Positions 46,423 through 55,086 of a DNA stretch of 64,000 nucleotides are shown here, piece by piece. The position numbers and the translations under genes are program-made. The stretch lies in IMG/VR virus record IMGVR_UViG_3300033062_002302. One strand, given 5' to 3'. How positions within the stretch are numbered: the first letter of the stretch is position 1; each line of letters starts with the position of its first letter. The notes under the pieces are model-generated. The model saw only the letters and a program-made list of their open reading frames with translations. It was not told where the DNA came from and searched no databases. This stretch comes from a virus (taxonomy: Duplodnaviria; Caudoviricetes).

Positions 46423-47087
46423 TCTGGGATATTATTAGGATCATCAAAGTCAATTAAATTTTCATCTAACTTCTTGAAGTCATGAGGAAAAGTCTTAATG
46501 TGAGGAAGATAATTAACGCCAAGTTCTAATAGTTTCATCCAGAGAAGATAGGTATTTCTACTATCTGTCTTGGCTTCGTGCTTGGCTCCAAACTTCTTGA
46601 TTTCAAGCATGTCAAGGCAAGCATGAAGCTGAGTGCTAACTTTGCCCGTTGCCGTCTTCGTAATCTTTAAATTAGATTCTCCAACTTTCTTAACGTATTC
46701 CTTGGTTAAGGAAACGGTATCAAGCCAAAGAGAAGCTGGAAACTCTAAATCGCATTTTTGCCATAAAGCATGCATGAATCTTCGGTCAAACGAAGCGTTG
46801 TGAGCAATGATACATCGCCCATTGGGATTCTTGCCATCTTCTGATATGAATTGTTCAATGGTTTTGACGGCGTCTTCTTTAGAATCACCTTTAACAATAT
46901 CAGCAAGGGTTTTATTAGTAATCTTTAAGCTATCAAAATTTGAGCGTTCAGGATATTCACATTTAATGAATTTATGCAGCTGTACTCGGTCTTTACAGCG
47001 AATGATGCCGACTTCAAGACATTCATGGAATTTAGAGTCAAGACCATTTGTTTCAGTATCTGCAATATAGAATTCTAAACCGCTCAC
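46419..47087 (-). CDS. DEDDh 3'-5' exonuclease (second paralogue)
   Basis: DTETNG, AHNASFD, WLDT, HEAKTD; GTG start with SD GAGGA. Confidence 0.88.
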   Translation of the reverse strand: MSGLEFYIADTETNGLDSKFHECLEVGIIRCKDRVQLHKFIKCEYPERSNFDSLKITNKTLADIVKGDSKEDAVKTIEQFISEDGKNPNGRCIIAHNASFDRRFMHALWQKCDLEFPASLWLDTVSLTKEYVKKVGESNLKITKTATGKVSTQLHACLDMLEIKKFGAKHEAKTDSRNTYLLWMKLLELGVNYLPHIKTFPHDFKKLDENLIDFDDPNNIPE

Positions 47088-47135
47088 TTAGTTTCCTCAT
47101 ATAATGGAGGATATATTAAAATAATATATTTATTT

Positions 47136-47480
47136 TTATCTTTTTTCAATTTCTTCCTTTGATGTTAAGATTTTATCGTTGACTTGAATGCAAATTCCGT
47201 AAATAGAAGGTGCTTTAATCCAACCATTGACATAATTTTTATTGTTTGAGATTTGAATCCTTGGATCTTCTTTATCTTCTATAGCGGAAATGAGATGAAG
47301 ATATTGTTTTCCTTTAACTTTACAAAGAACAATATCTCCAACTTTAAATGAGGTTGGAGAAGAAATGACGGTAACTCGGTCTCCAGACTCAATCTTTCCT
47401 TGCATTGAATTGCCGGAAGGATTAAAGGAAACTTCGCCTTTTTCTTTTAGAACGTTAATGAAAATATCTGCCCATCCCAT
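47136..47480 (-). CDS. S24/S26 peptidase-like protein
   Basis: PSGNSMQGKIESGD, VGDIVL, YLHLI. Confidence 0.65.
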   Translation of the reverse strand: MGWADIFINVLKEKGEVSFNPSGNSMQGKIESGDRVTVISSPTSFKVGDIVLCKVKGKQYLHLISAIEDKEDPRIQISNNKNYVNGWIKAPSIYGICIQVNDKILTSKEEIEKR

Positions 47481-47491
47481 TTATAATTAAT

Positions 47492-47752
47492 TCACCAAAA
47501 CATTATTAATTTAATTTTCTCTTCAAATTCTTCTTGAGAGTTGCATTCAATGTATTTGCCGTGAAAATACCAAGCTTTATATCCATTAACATAATCAACA
47601 GCGGGACCGTCTAGCCTATGAAGCAGATCATTTTGCCACCAAGATCTGTCTCCATTAGAGTCTTCAATGGCAGGACCTCCTTCTCTATGAATCAGACCAT
47701 TTAAATAATGTTTTTTAGAGCCATAACCATCTATTATTAGACCATTTCTCAT
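47492..47752 (-). CDS. HRxDGPA-repeat protein (2 repeats), tail KLIMFW
   Basis: Start at ATG 47752, 5 nt after upstream stop. Confidence 0.8.
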   Translation of the reverse strand: MRNGLIIDGYGSKKHYLNGLIHREGGPAIEDSNGDRSWWQNDLLHRLDGPAVDYVNGYKAWYFHGKYIECNSQEEFEEKIKLIMFW

Positions 47753-47757
47753 ATTAA

Positions 47758-48267
47758 TTACCAAAACATTGCTAATTTAGGATTAATTATAGCTAAGAAT
47801 TCTTCTTGAGAAGAACATTTTATGTATTTGCCATGAAAAAACCAATCTTTACTTCCATCCGCCCATTCAATGGCTGGACCATCTAATCTATGAAGCTTTC
47901 CATGTTGATACCACCATTTAGTTCCGGAATCACATTCAGCAGCCGGTCCATCTAATCTATGAAATTTGCCATGTTGGTACCACTCTTTAGTTCCATCAGA
48001 GCGTTCAATGGCAGGACCATCTAACCTATGAAATTTACCATTTTGAAACCATTCTTTATCTCCATTGGCATATTCAATAGCAGGTCCGTTTTGCCTATGA
48101 AGTTTCCCATGACGATAATACTCTTTATAGTATAGAAAGGCATTTTCATTAAAATCATCTATGATGATGATTGCTGGACCATTATTTCTATGTAATCTTC
48201 CATTAAAATAATAACGCTTGTCTCCACAAGAATCAATTTTCAATCCGTGTCTTGTGCTTCGTTTCAT
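47758..48267 (-). CDS. HRxDGPA-repeat protein (5 repeats), tail NPKLAMFW
   Basis: Five HRx(D/N)GPA units with 23-aa period. Confidence 0.82.
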   Translation of the reverse strand: MKRSTRHGLKIDSCGDKRYYFNGRLHRNNGPAIIIIDDFNENAFLYYKEYYRHGKLHRQNGPAIEYANGDKEWFQNGKFHRLDGPAIERSDGTKEWYQHGKFHRLDGPAAECDSGTKWWYQHGKLHRLDGPAIEWADGSKDWFFHGKYIKCSSQEEFLAIINPKLAMFW

Positions 48268-48500
48268 TGTAGTAAATTTTTTATAAATCTAATTAAAGAA
48301 GTTCCTGCCTCATAAACTGTAATCTTCTTATCTTTTCTTCCAATTAATTTATGGGAAACGGTATTAGGCTGCTTACCTTTCATAAGGTCAACAGCCTGTT
48401 CCGCCGATTCTGCCAAAATTTTATAAGTCAATGTCGCAGGCAACATAGTTGTTACCTTGACATCATAATATTTAAGAACCGGTATTTCTTTTTTATTCAT
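48264..48500 (-). CDS. Hypothetical protein
   Basis: Start taken at ATG 48500 (MNKKEIP). Confidence 0.6.
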   Translation of the reverse strand: MNKKEIPVLKYYDVKVTTMLPATLTYKILAESAEQAVDLMKGKQPNTVSHKLIGRKDKKITVYEAGTSLIRFIKNLLQ

Positions 48501-48792
48501 CTCGGCTCTTGCATAAAGAGTCCAGCAAGACCCTCTCAACCTCATCCATTTGGAACTTCAGTTTCGAAAACTCTTCCATCTTCTTTTGCTCTTCCTCTGA
48601 TAAGACAGAATTCATATCCTTAGCAAATGCCGCTAAAGGAAGAGTCCAGTCCTTAAATTCAGTTCCAACTAAGACATGAAAGCCCATCTTAAACATTCCA
48701 GGCATAAACTTAAAGCGAATCTTTGCCTCAGGATTTTCCTTGCAAAACGCCCGCATATCAGTGACAAGATCTTTTAAAGTTTCAAATTCCAT
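48493..48792 (-). CDS. Hypothetical protein
   Basis: 99 aa ORF, SD GGAG, directly after a sigma70-type promoter. Confidence 0.62.
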   Translation of the reverse strand: MEFETLKDLVTDMRAFCKENPEAKIRFKFMPGMFKMGFHVLVGTEFKDWTLPLAAFAKDMNSVLSEEEQKKMEEFSKLKFQMDEVERVLLDSLCKSRDE

Positions 48793-48837
48793 TTTAAATT
48801 CTCCGTAAATTATTGTTAATGCCGCTTTGGCTTCTTT

Positions 48838-48866
48838 ATTCTAAAGCTTATTTGACTCGGCGTCAA
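48838..48866 (-). promoter_or_regulatory. Sigma70-type promoter
   Basis: Minus strand TTGACG-N17-TAGAAT; the -35 lies in inverted repeat TTGAC-tcggc-GTCAA. Confidence 0.7.
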
Positions 48867-48886
48867 GTCTCAAGAATTTTTATTAT

Positions 48887-49372
48887 TTAACCAGTGGAGC
48901 CGAAGCCGCCAGTCTTTCTGCCGTATCCTCTAGTCTCAAATGCTTGATCTAATTCAGAATTTGAAACTTTCATAACATTCATCTCTTCTCTCCGAACAGG
49001 AATAATTTGAGCAACAGCTTCACCATATTTAATGACTAGATCCGACGTTAATAGCGTCGCATCTGGCTGATATTGTCCAGCCCATAATGTTTCTCCTTCC
49101 CAGCTTTCATCAACTGTCCCAATTAAGCAATGAACATGCTTTTTGGTAAAAGATGAACTTCGGGGGTGAAGATGATACCACCAACCTTCTGGAGGAAGGG
49201 ATCTAAAGCCTAATGGAATTTTGAAGTATTCTCCTGGCTTAATAACCAAGTCCTTTTTATCATGAAAAGCGGCGCGAACATCCCATCCGGTCGCATGCGG
49301 CTCTCCTTTTGATGGAAGGAAGTTGTCATCGAGTCCGTCACGAAGGGCAAATTTGTAGGTTGGTTTTGTCAT
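48887..49372 (-). CDS. dut: Trimeric dUTPase
   Basis: ATGWDV, PRSS, GTVDESWEGE, AQII, RKTGGFGSTG. Confidence 0.92.
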   Translation of the reverse strand: MTKPTYKFALRDGLDDNFLPSKGEPHATGWDVRAAFHDKKDLVIKPGEYFKIPLGFRSLPPEGWWYHLHPRSSSFTKKHVHCLIGTVDESWEGETLWAGQYQPDATLLTSDLVIKYGEAVAQIIPVRREEMNVMKVSNSELDQAFETRGYGRKTGGFGSTG

Positions 49373-49423
49373 ATGGTACCTTATATCATCTGAGTTAATA
49401 AAATGGCATTAATGCGAGGAATC

Positions 49424-49789
49424 ATGACCACCATTAATGTTTCAAAAAATCAATTAATTTCAAAATTATTCGGAAAATTGGTCATTGGCTTGGCTCAACT
49501 AAGTAACGCCGATCTCGAACTTCGGCAAGTCATTACGAAATTAAATTTAATTCGCGGTAATTTATTTGAATTGCCAGTCGAAGAAACCCTCGCCTTACTC
49601 AATCGCGCCTCTTATATAGCTCAGGGTTACGACCCGAAAGATTTTAAAAGCAATGAATTCGTCGCTTCCTTAGAGGAGATTATCCCGGCGATTCAGGAAG
49701 AATTAGAGAACTTAATACTGGAATCGAAGCTAAACAAGGCGGCGAGCCTTTTTATTTTGGCTGGTAAATTTGAAAAATTGGCTCAATGA
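49424..49789 (+). CDS. Hypothetical helical protein
   Basis: ORF 49403..49789; ATG 49424 follows GAGGA (start uncertain); ends ILAGKFEKLAQ. Confidence 0.55.
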   Translation: MTTINVSKNQLISKLFGKLVIGLAQLSNADLELRQVITKLNLIRGNLFELPVEETLALLNRASYIAQGYDPKDFKSNEFVASLEEIIPAIQEELENLILESKLNKAASLFILAGKFEKLAQ

Positions 49790-50136
49790 CCACTCTGCCA
49801 TCCCTTATAATTTTTGTTAATACCGAGCTTTTTTCGGATGGTTACTATAGTACCCAGCAAAACCTAGTCAATCAGCTTTATATTACAGAAGTTTTGGATG
49901 GATATGAATATGATCAGCGGATTACGGCAGACCCCAATTATCCGACAGTTGTTCATTTGACAGGCAAGCGCCTTTTGATTCTGAGAGACTTTTCAGATTT
50001 AACGAACCGTGAGACGGCAGACATTGTAATGTTCGTTAAACATGGCTTGGCGGCGGTAGAAACATCAAAAGTTGGTCCTCCGGGCGTGACTTACCCCGTT
50101 AAAAATTTAAATCTTTATCACCTGATTTATTTATAA
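49786..50136 (+). CDS. Hypothetical protein with two DGY motifs
   Basis: 116 aa, ATGA overlap. Confidence 0.6.
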   Translation: MTTLPSLIIFVNTELFSDGYYSTQQNLVNQLYITEVLDGYEYDQRITADPNYPTVVHLTGKRLLILRDFSDLTNRETADIVMFVKHGLAAVETSKVGPPGVTYPVKNLNLYHLIYL

Positions 50137-50171
50137 TTGCGAATCGACCAGCCGTCCATATAGTTAAGTAC

Positions 50172-50990
50172 ATGAGAAATGTATCTATTTTTTCAATTAT
50201 CGTCGCTGGCGCCGTTCTTTCATGCCGCAAATCCGAATCCAATGATATTAAACCCATTGAAAATATTGTTCTTAGTTCTAAACCAGAAGAGGCTAAAGAA
50301 CCTCCTCCGATTTGCGGAAACAATATGATTGAAGTTAAAGGCAATTATTGCCCTAATGTTGAACAAAATTGTTTAGAGTGGGACGAAAAGACAATCAATG
50401 TTAATGGCAAGGTTCGATGCCTACGTTTTGCCCCAAGTAAATGTTTATCTAAGACTCGTAAGTTTTTGAATTTTTGTATAGATACTTATGAGTTTCCAAA
50501 TCAAAAAGGAGCTATTCCGATTGTTATGATATCCTGGAATGACATGAAAAAGCTATGTGAAGACCAAGGAAAACGTATCTGCAAAGATTTTGAATGGGAA
50601 TTTGCATGTGAAGGCGAAGAGATGTTGCCATATCCATATGGTTTAAATAGAGATGCTACGAAATGCAATATTGATAAACCATGGATTCCTTTTGATAGTC
50701 AAAAGCTTTTCAACCCAAAGACTAGGGGAGAAGAAGTAGAACGATTATCTCAAAGAGTTCCTTCTGGCTCCATGGATTGCAAATCTCCATTTGGAGTCTA
50801 CGATATGACTGGGAACGTTGATGAATTTGTTGTTAATTCCAGCGGCTCTCCTTATAAGAGCGGATTAAAAGGTGGTCATTGGGCGTGGGGCGCTAGAAAT
50901 AGAGCTAGACCAGTTACATTGGCTCATGATGAGAATTTTGCTTTTTATGCTGAAGGCGGAAGATGTTGCCAGGATATTAATCATAAATGA
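50172..50990 (+). CDS. FGE-sulfatase (SUMF1/CLec-fold) domain lipoprotein
   Basis: Signal plus LSC lipobox; FCIDTYE, EWEFAC, YPYG, SPFGVYDMTGNVDE, GRCC. Confidence 0.82.
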   Translation: MRNVSIFSIIVAGAVLSCRKSESNDIKPIENIVLSSKPEEAKEPPPICGNNMIEVKGNYCPNVEQNCLEWDEKTINVNGKVRCLRFAPSKCLSKTRKFLNFCIDTYEFPNQKGAIPIVMISWNDMKKLCEDQGKRICKDFEWEFACEGEEMLPYPYGLNRDATKCNIDKPWIPFDSQKLFNPKTRGEEVERLSQRVPSGSMDCKSPFGVYDMTGNVDEFVVNSSGSPYKSGLKGGHWAWGARNRARPVTLAHDENFAFYAEGGRCCQDINHK

Positions 50991-51613
50991 CTTGGATAAA
51001 AGATTTTATTTCTAAAAAATGTCCTTTATGTGATTCTAGTTTAAATTTTAATTTCGTTTCCACTTCTAGAAAAGAAATTAAAACAATTGACGATCAATTA
51101 TTAATTAATTTCAAAACAGGATATTTTCCCGATCAAGGGAATTACCTTCAATTAAGCATTAATTATGAAAATCTTGATTTTGAAATCAATTCCTTTATTA
51201 AAGATAAAAAGGAATTGAAAATATCAATAGATAACGATCTTGATTATTGTAAAAGAATCTTTTTATATCCAGAAAATGGGGGAGTCTTTAATGGAAGATT
51301 TAAGCCTTGGAAATTATTTTCAGGTTCTTGCAAATGCCTTAGCTACTATATAGAGTCTAGTACACTTTCTTTTTGTTCAAAAACAGGAAAAGTAGAATCA
51401 AGTTTACTCCCTACTCTTTCAGAGGTATTTAGTCTTTCAACCTCAAAAACTAATTATAAATTAATTAATAATTACAAAAACAATAATAGCGAATTGATTT
51501 ATCAAGGAGCTGATCTTTTAGATTGTTTAAAAGTCGAAAATCTTCCTATTTTAACTTTCGAAGACAAAAACGATCTAATTAAAAGATTAGAGACGATTAC
51601 AGTTTTTTCATAG
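50987..51613 (+). CDS. Long variant of CxxC / IFS-tail family
   Basis: CPLC, CKC, ends DLIKRLETITVFS*. Confidence 0.7.
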   Translation: MTWIKDFISKKCPLCDSSLNFNFVSTSRKEIKTIDDQLLINFKTGYFPDQGNYLQLSINYENLDFEINSFIKDKKELKISIDNDLDYCKRIFLYPENGGVFNGRFKPWKLFSGSCKCLSYYIESSTLSFCSKTGKVESSLLPTLSEVFSLSTSKTNYKLINNYKNNNSELIYQGADLLDCLKVENLPILTFEDKNDLIKRLETITVFS

Positions 51614-52090
51614 AAATTGTGGGTATTTATAAACAAATTGAAGGTGAGATATAATCTGTCGAATTGTTTCAATTGGCAATTTTTGATAGTTATTAACAGG
51701 CTTAGCCCAATCCTCATTTTTAAATCGAGAATCAGTTAACATATTAATTTTACTTATTGTTTTGTATTTATTTCCTTTAAAAGTAAAGACCTTATCTTCT
51801 AAGATGGAAATGTTAAGGCTAACAGCATTTTTAACAGCTTCATAATTTCTAATTTTAATGTAGAAATTTCCAACCGTAATATTGCCGGTCATATGTAGCT
51901 TTTCGAGGATTTCGTCGCTTGTCGCATCTGTTAAGTTAAGCTGGTCTTGATATAAAACTTCTGAACCGGGAACCTTCTCTTCTTCTTTTGTCCCATATTG
52001 TTGATCGACAAGAGTCTTAATTAAAGACAAGTATTCCTCTTCTTTTAGAGAGGGATTAAAAGAAATAGGTTTTGAATTCTTTTGAGACAT
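51608..52090 (-). CDS. Hypothetical protein
   Basis: 160 aa ORF; ends YPQFL*. Confidence 0.6.
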   Translation of the reverse strand: MSQKNSKPISFNPSLKEEEYLSLIKTLVDQQYGTKEEEKVPGSEVLYQDQLNLTDATSDEILEKLHMTGNITVGNFYIKIRNYEAVKNAVSLNISILEDKVFTFKGNKYKTISKINMLTDSRFKNEDWAKPVNNYQKLPIETIRQIISHLQFVYKYPQFL

Positions 52091-52130
52091 GACTAAATGC
52101 TAAATTATGGTATTTATTTGGAAATAATAT

Positions 52131-52769
52131 ATGAAGTCTATTAAGCATCTTTCTAATAAAATCAATTGTTTCTTCAAGCTTGCCGAAAAAGAAGAGCTTC
52201 CTGAAAATTCAGATGATCTTGAAACGGTCCTGAAAAACCTTTCAGAGTTAGAGACCTTTACGGCTCGGGTTGATTATGCTGAAAAGAATCTCAAACATCT
52301 TTCTTCTGGTTCTTCTCGGGTCGTTTATCTTGTAGATGATGGCAAGCAGGCTATGAAGTTGGCTAAAAATGATCGGGGCATTTCCCAAAATAAGATTGAA
52401 TCTAAGATAAAATCTAAATTCATTAATGAAACAACCAAGTTTGATAAAGATGGCGTTTGGAAGCTTTCGCCTTTCTTAGACAAGATTACAGAAAAGGAAT
52501 TTGAAAAATTAATTGGAGTTAATTTTAAAGATTTTGGGAAAGCTTTGGATTATGGACTTCAAGATGTTAGCGATGATTCTGCCGCTAAACCCAAAGACTT
52601 CAATAAAATTAAAGAGCTTCCGATTTATAAAGAATTGGTTGCCGTTGGTAAAAAACATAAATTAATGCCTGGAGATATGTCTCGCATTAGTTCTTGGTGC
52701 ATGAAGGATGATGTTCCTATGCTAGTTGATGCCGGGCTAACTAAAGAAATATATGATGAATTCTATTGA
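52131..52769 (+). CDS. Protein kinase-like fold protein
   Basis: GSSRVVY loop, MKLA, NKIE, GDMSRISSW, LVDAG. Confidence 0.6.
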   Translation: MKSIKHLSNKINCFFKLAEKEELPENSDDLETVLKNLSELETFTARVDYAEKNLKHLSSGSSRVVYLVDDGKQAMKLAKNDRGISQNKIESKIKSKFINETTKFDKDGVWKLSPFLDKITEKEFEKLIGVNFKDFGKALDYGLQDVSDDSAAKPKDFNKIKELPIYKELVAVGKKHKLMPGDMSRISSWCMKDDVPMLVDAGLTKEIYDEFY

Positions 52770-53326
52770 AACTTAAAGAAACACATTGCCCAATATGTTC
52801 TAAAGAGTTAGAAATCAAATGTCATTTGATTTTTGATTATTTTTATTGCAATTCTTTTGAATGCTCTTCAGAAAAAGAAGGAAATCTTTTAAAGAGAGTT
52901 AATTATAAATTAGTGACAGACTATATGACTTCTGATGTTGAAATTGATTTAATGTCAGGAGCTTTTAAGTTTAATGTTATCGAAAATAACTTTCCTGATT
53001 CCAAACTTAGCGATTCTACTGCAATAATGGCACTGAATAATTATTCAGTAAATCTTTTTCAAGAATGTGATGAGTGCGAGTATATAATTAATTATAATTA
53101 CTTTAAATTTGATTCATTACTATTTAAAATTAATAAAATATCAGTTTGGAGCGAACAAATTAATCTTAAGAATTATAAGATATATAATGATTTTAAAGCG
53201 GGAAAGACTCATTTATATTTTAATGATAACGACACTGATAGTAACGTCAAATCATTTGATGAAATTTTTGATTTTAAAAAAAATAATCCAGAGCGCTGGA
53301 TTAAGGAGCGTTTAATTTTTGGCTAA
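52766..53326 (+). CDS. Long variant of CxxC / IFS-tail family
   Basis: THCPIC..CNSFEC..CDEC, ends IKERLIFG*. Confidence 0.7.
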   Translation: MKLKETHCPICSKELEIKCHLIFDYFYCNSFECSSEKEGNLLKRVNYKLVTDYMTSDVEIDLMSGAFKFNVIENNFPDSKLSDSTAIMALNNYSVNLFQECDECEYIINYNYFKFDSLLFKINKISVWSEQINLKNYKIYNDFKAGKTHLYFNDNDTDSNVKSFDEIFDFKKNNPERWIKERLIFG

Positions 53327-53347
53327 AAGCTAGATATATTAATCATT

Positions 53348-53875
53348 TTGCATTTCAATATGATTCGTCATACTCTGTTTTTAGCCTTTTTTCTATTTCT
53401 AGCCATTAATTGCTCCTCTATTGTCTGGGTTCCAAACCTTTATAATGAGGTTTCATTTGGAGATAATTTTACAGATGAAGAGCGTTATCGAGCTTTAATT
53501 GGCTTTAATCTTTGGAAAAGGGAAACTGGATGCAAGGTAGATTTTGTTGAAGTTCCAGATGGCGGAATTAGAATAAGAAAAGCAACTGATGAAGAAATGG
53601 CTCGATTTGATCGAGAACAAAAAAAGAAAGTTGTTGGTTTAGCCGTTAAAAACGTTCAAGTTCCTTTTATTTATTTTGTTTTTCAAAGGATTAATAGCTT
53701 AGATGAGCTAGAATTAGTCGCCGCTCATGAGGCAGGGCATCACCTAGGAATGGAGCACGTTCCTCAAAATCAAATTGCTATTATGAATCCATCTTTAAAT
53801 AACGCTCTCATTAATGACCAGCATTTAACGAGTTACGATATGGATCAGTTTGACTCTTATTGGCGTTGTAGATAA
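53348..53875 (+). CDS. Matrixin-like (metzincin) exported metalloprotease
   Basis: Hydrophobic N-terminus with Cys; HEAGHHLGMEH; Met-turn AIMNP. Confidence 0.82.
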   Translation: MHFNMIRHTLFLAFFLFLAINCSSIVWVPNLYNEVSFGDNFTDEERYRALIGFNLWKRETGCKVDFVEVPDGGIRIRKATDEEMARFDREQKKKVVGLAVKNVQVPFIYFVFQRINSLDELELVAAHEAGHHLGMEHVPQNQIAIMNPSLNNALINDQHLTSYDMDQFDSYWRCR

Positions 53876-54409
53876 TTGAATCAATATACAATTAAAGATT
53901 ATATCAATTACGTTTCTTCATCTTGCAAATTTTGCGATGAAAAAATTAATATATATTTGTTATATGATGCTAAGCATATTAAGGCAGAAAAAATTGTTGA
54001 TGACAAATTAGTATTTGTTATTAAAAAATATAAGTTAAAACCTATAACTTATATTAAGTTTGACCTTAAGACAAATATGTGGGTTAGTTCATTTAAAATG
54101 TTAGAAAATAAACCAATGTCATTAAGCCTTGCTTGTAAAGAAGGCTGCTCTGTATTTTCAACCTCATATTTATCTTTTGATGATAAAAGGGCTCTTCCTT
54201 TAACTTCTGCTTTTGAAAGCATGCGAGTCATAATAGATGGGTCTGTATTTATTGTAAATTCTTATAATCTAGATAATGATCCAAAAACATATTTTAGACA
54301 AAATGATTTCAACTCACATTATAGACAGATAGACTTATTACTAATGTCTTCTTGGAAAGATAAACAAACTCTGATTGATATTATCAAAACAAACTTAATA
54401 TTTACTTAA
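53876..54409 (+). CDS. Long variant of CxxC / IFS-tail family
   Basis: CKFC..CKEGC, ends IIKTNLIFT*. Confidence 0.7.
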   Translation: MNQYTIKDYINYVSSSCKFCDEKINIYLLYDAKHIKAEKIVDDKLVFVIKKYKLKPITYIKFDLKTNMWVSSFKMLENKPMSLSLACKEGCSVFSTSYLSFDDKRALPLTSAFESMRVIIDGSVFIVNSYNLDNDPKTYFRQNDFNSHYRQIDLLLMSSWKDKQTLIDIIKTNLIFT

Positions 54410-55037
54410 ACTCAGGCGTATTACAATAGTTTAAGTCTTTAAAGGTTAAATTATTAATGGTCGCAATCTGCATGACAGTGATATTATCAACGCATCCAAC
54501 TTGACGTTTCCCATAAAATGGGTACATAAGGCTTGGGATATTGACATGGTGGGCGCCGAGAGCATGACCAAACTCATGAAGGAGAATTTTTCTCATATCT
54601 TTATAGCCCATTCGATCTCTGATAACGACCATTAAATTAGCTCGTTCTCCAAGTCCATTGACATAAGCCAGGGTTCCATCATATTCTTCAATATTATCTT
54701 CGACCAAAGGATCGTCATGATTGATGCCAATAATAACGATTCCTTCGTGAGTTTGCATTATTTGCTTGCTAAGGTACCGAAGAGCCTTAGTATTAGTGTG
54801 GTCGATGGCATTTGGCTCAATTTTAAGAATTATTTTTTTATTGAGAACATAATTCCATTCGGCGACGACAGATTCAATTGTTTTTAATTCTTGAGAGCCA
54901 AAAGAGCTGTCAATATACAGCGGTTTTATGTTATAATTAACATTTTCAGTCTCAAAACCAGCATATTTATAATCTTTAACACAGCCCAGCAAAAAGGTTA
55001 AAGAAACCAAAAAGCCAAATAAAAACAATTTCTTCAT
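54402..55037 (-). CDS. Matrixin-like (metzincin) lipoprotein metalloprotease
   Basis: LLGC lipobox; HEFGHALGAHH; Met-turn SLMYP; SD GGAGG. Confidence 0.85.
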   Translation of the reverse strand: MKKLFLFGFLVSLTFLLGCVKDYKYAGFETENVNYNIKPLYIDSSFGSQELKTIESVVAEWNYVLNKKIILKIEPNAIDHTNTKALRYLSKQIMQTHEGIVIIGINHDDPLVEDNIEEYDGTLAYVNGLGERANLMVVIRDRMGYKDMRKILLHEFGHALGAHHVNIPSLMYPFYGKRQVGCVDNITVMQIATINNLTFKDLNYCNTPEFK

Positions 55038-55058
55038 TAAAAATCCTCCATCTCTTTA

Positions 55059-55067
55059 AATATATCA
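55059..55067 (-). promoter_or_regulatory. TGATATATT motif
   Basis: Upstream of the SD of 55037. Confidence 0.5.
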
Positions 55068-55086
55068 AATTAGTAGGTAAATCACA

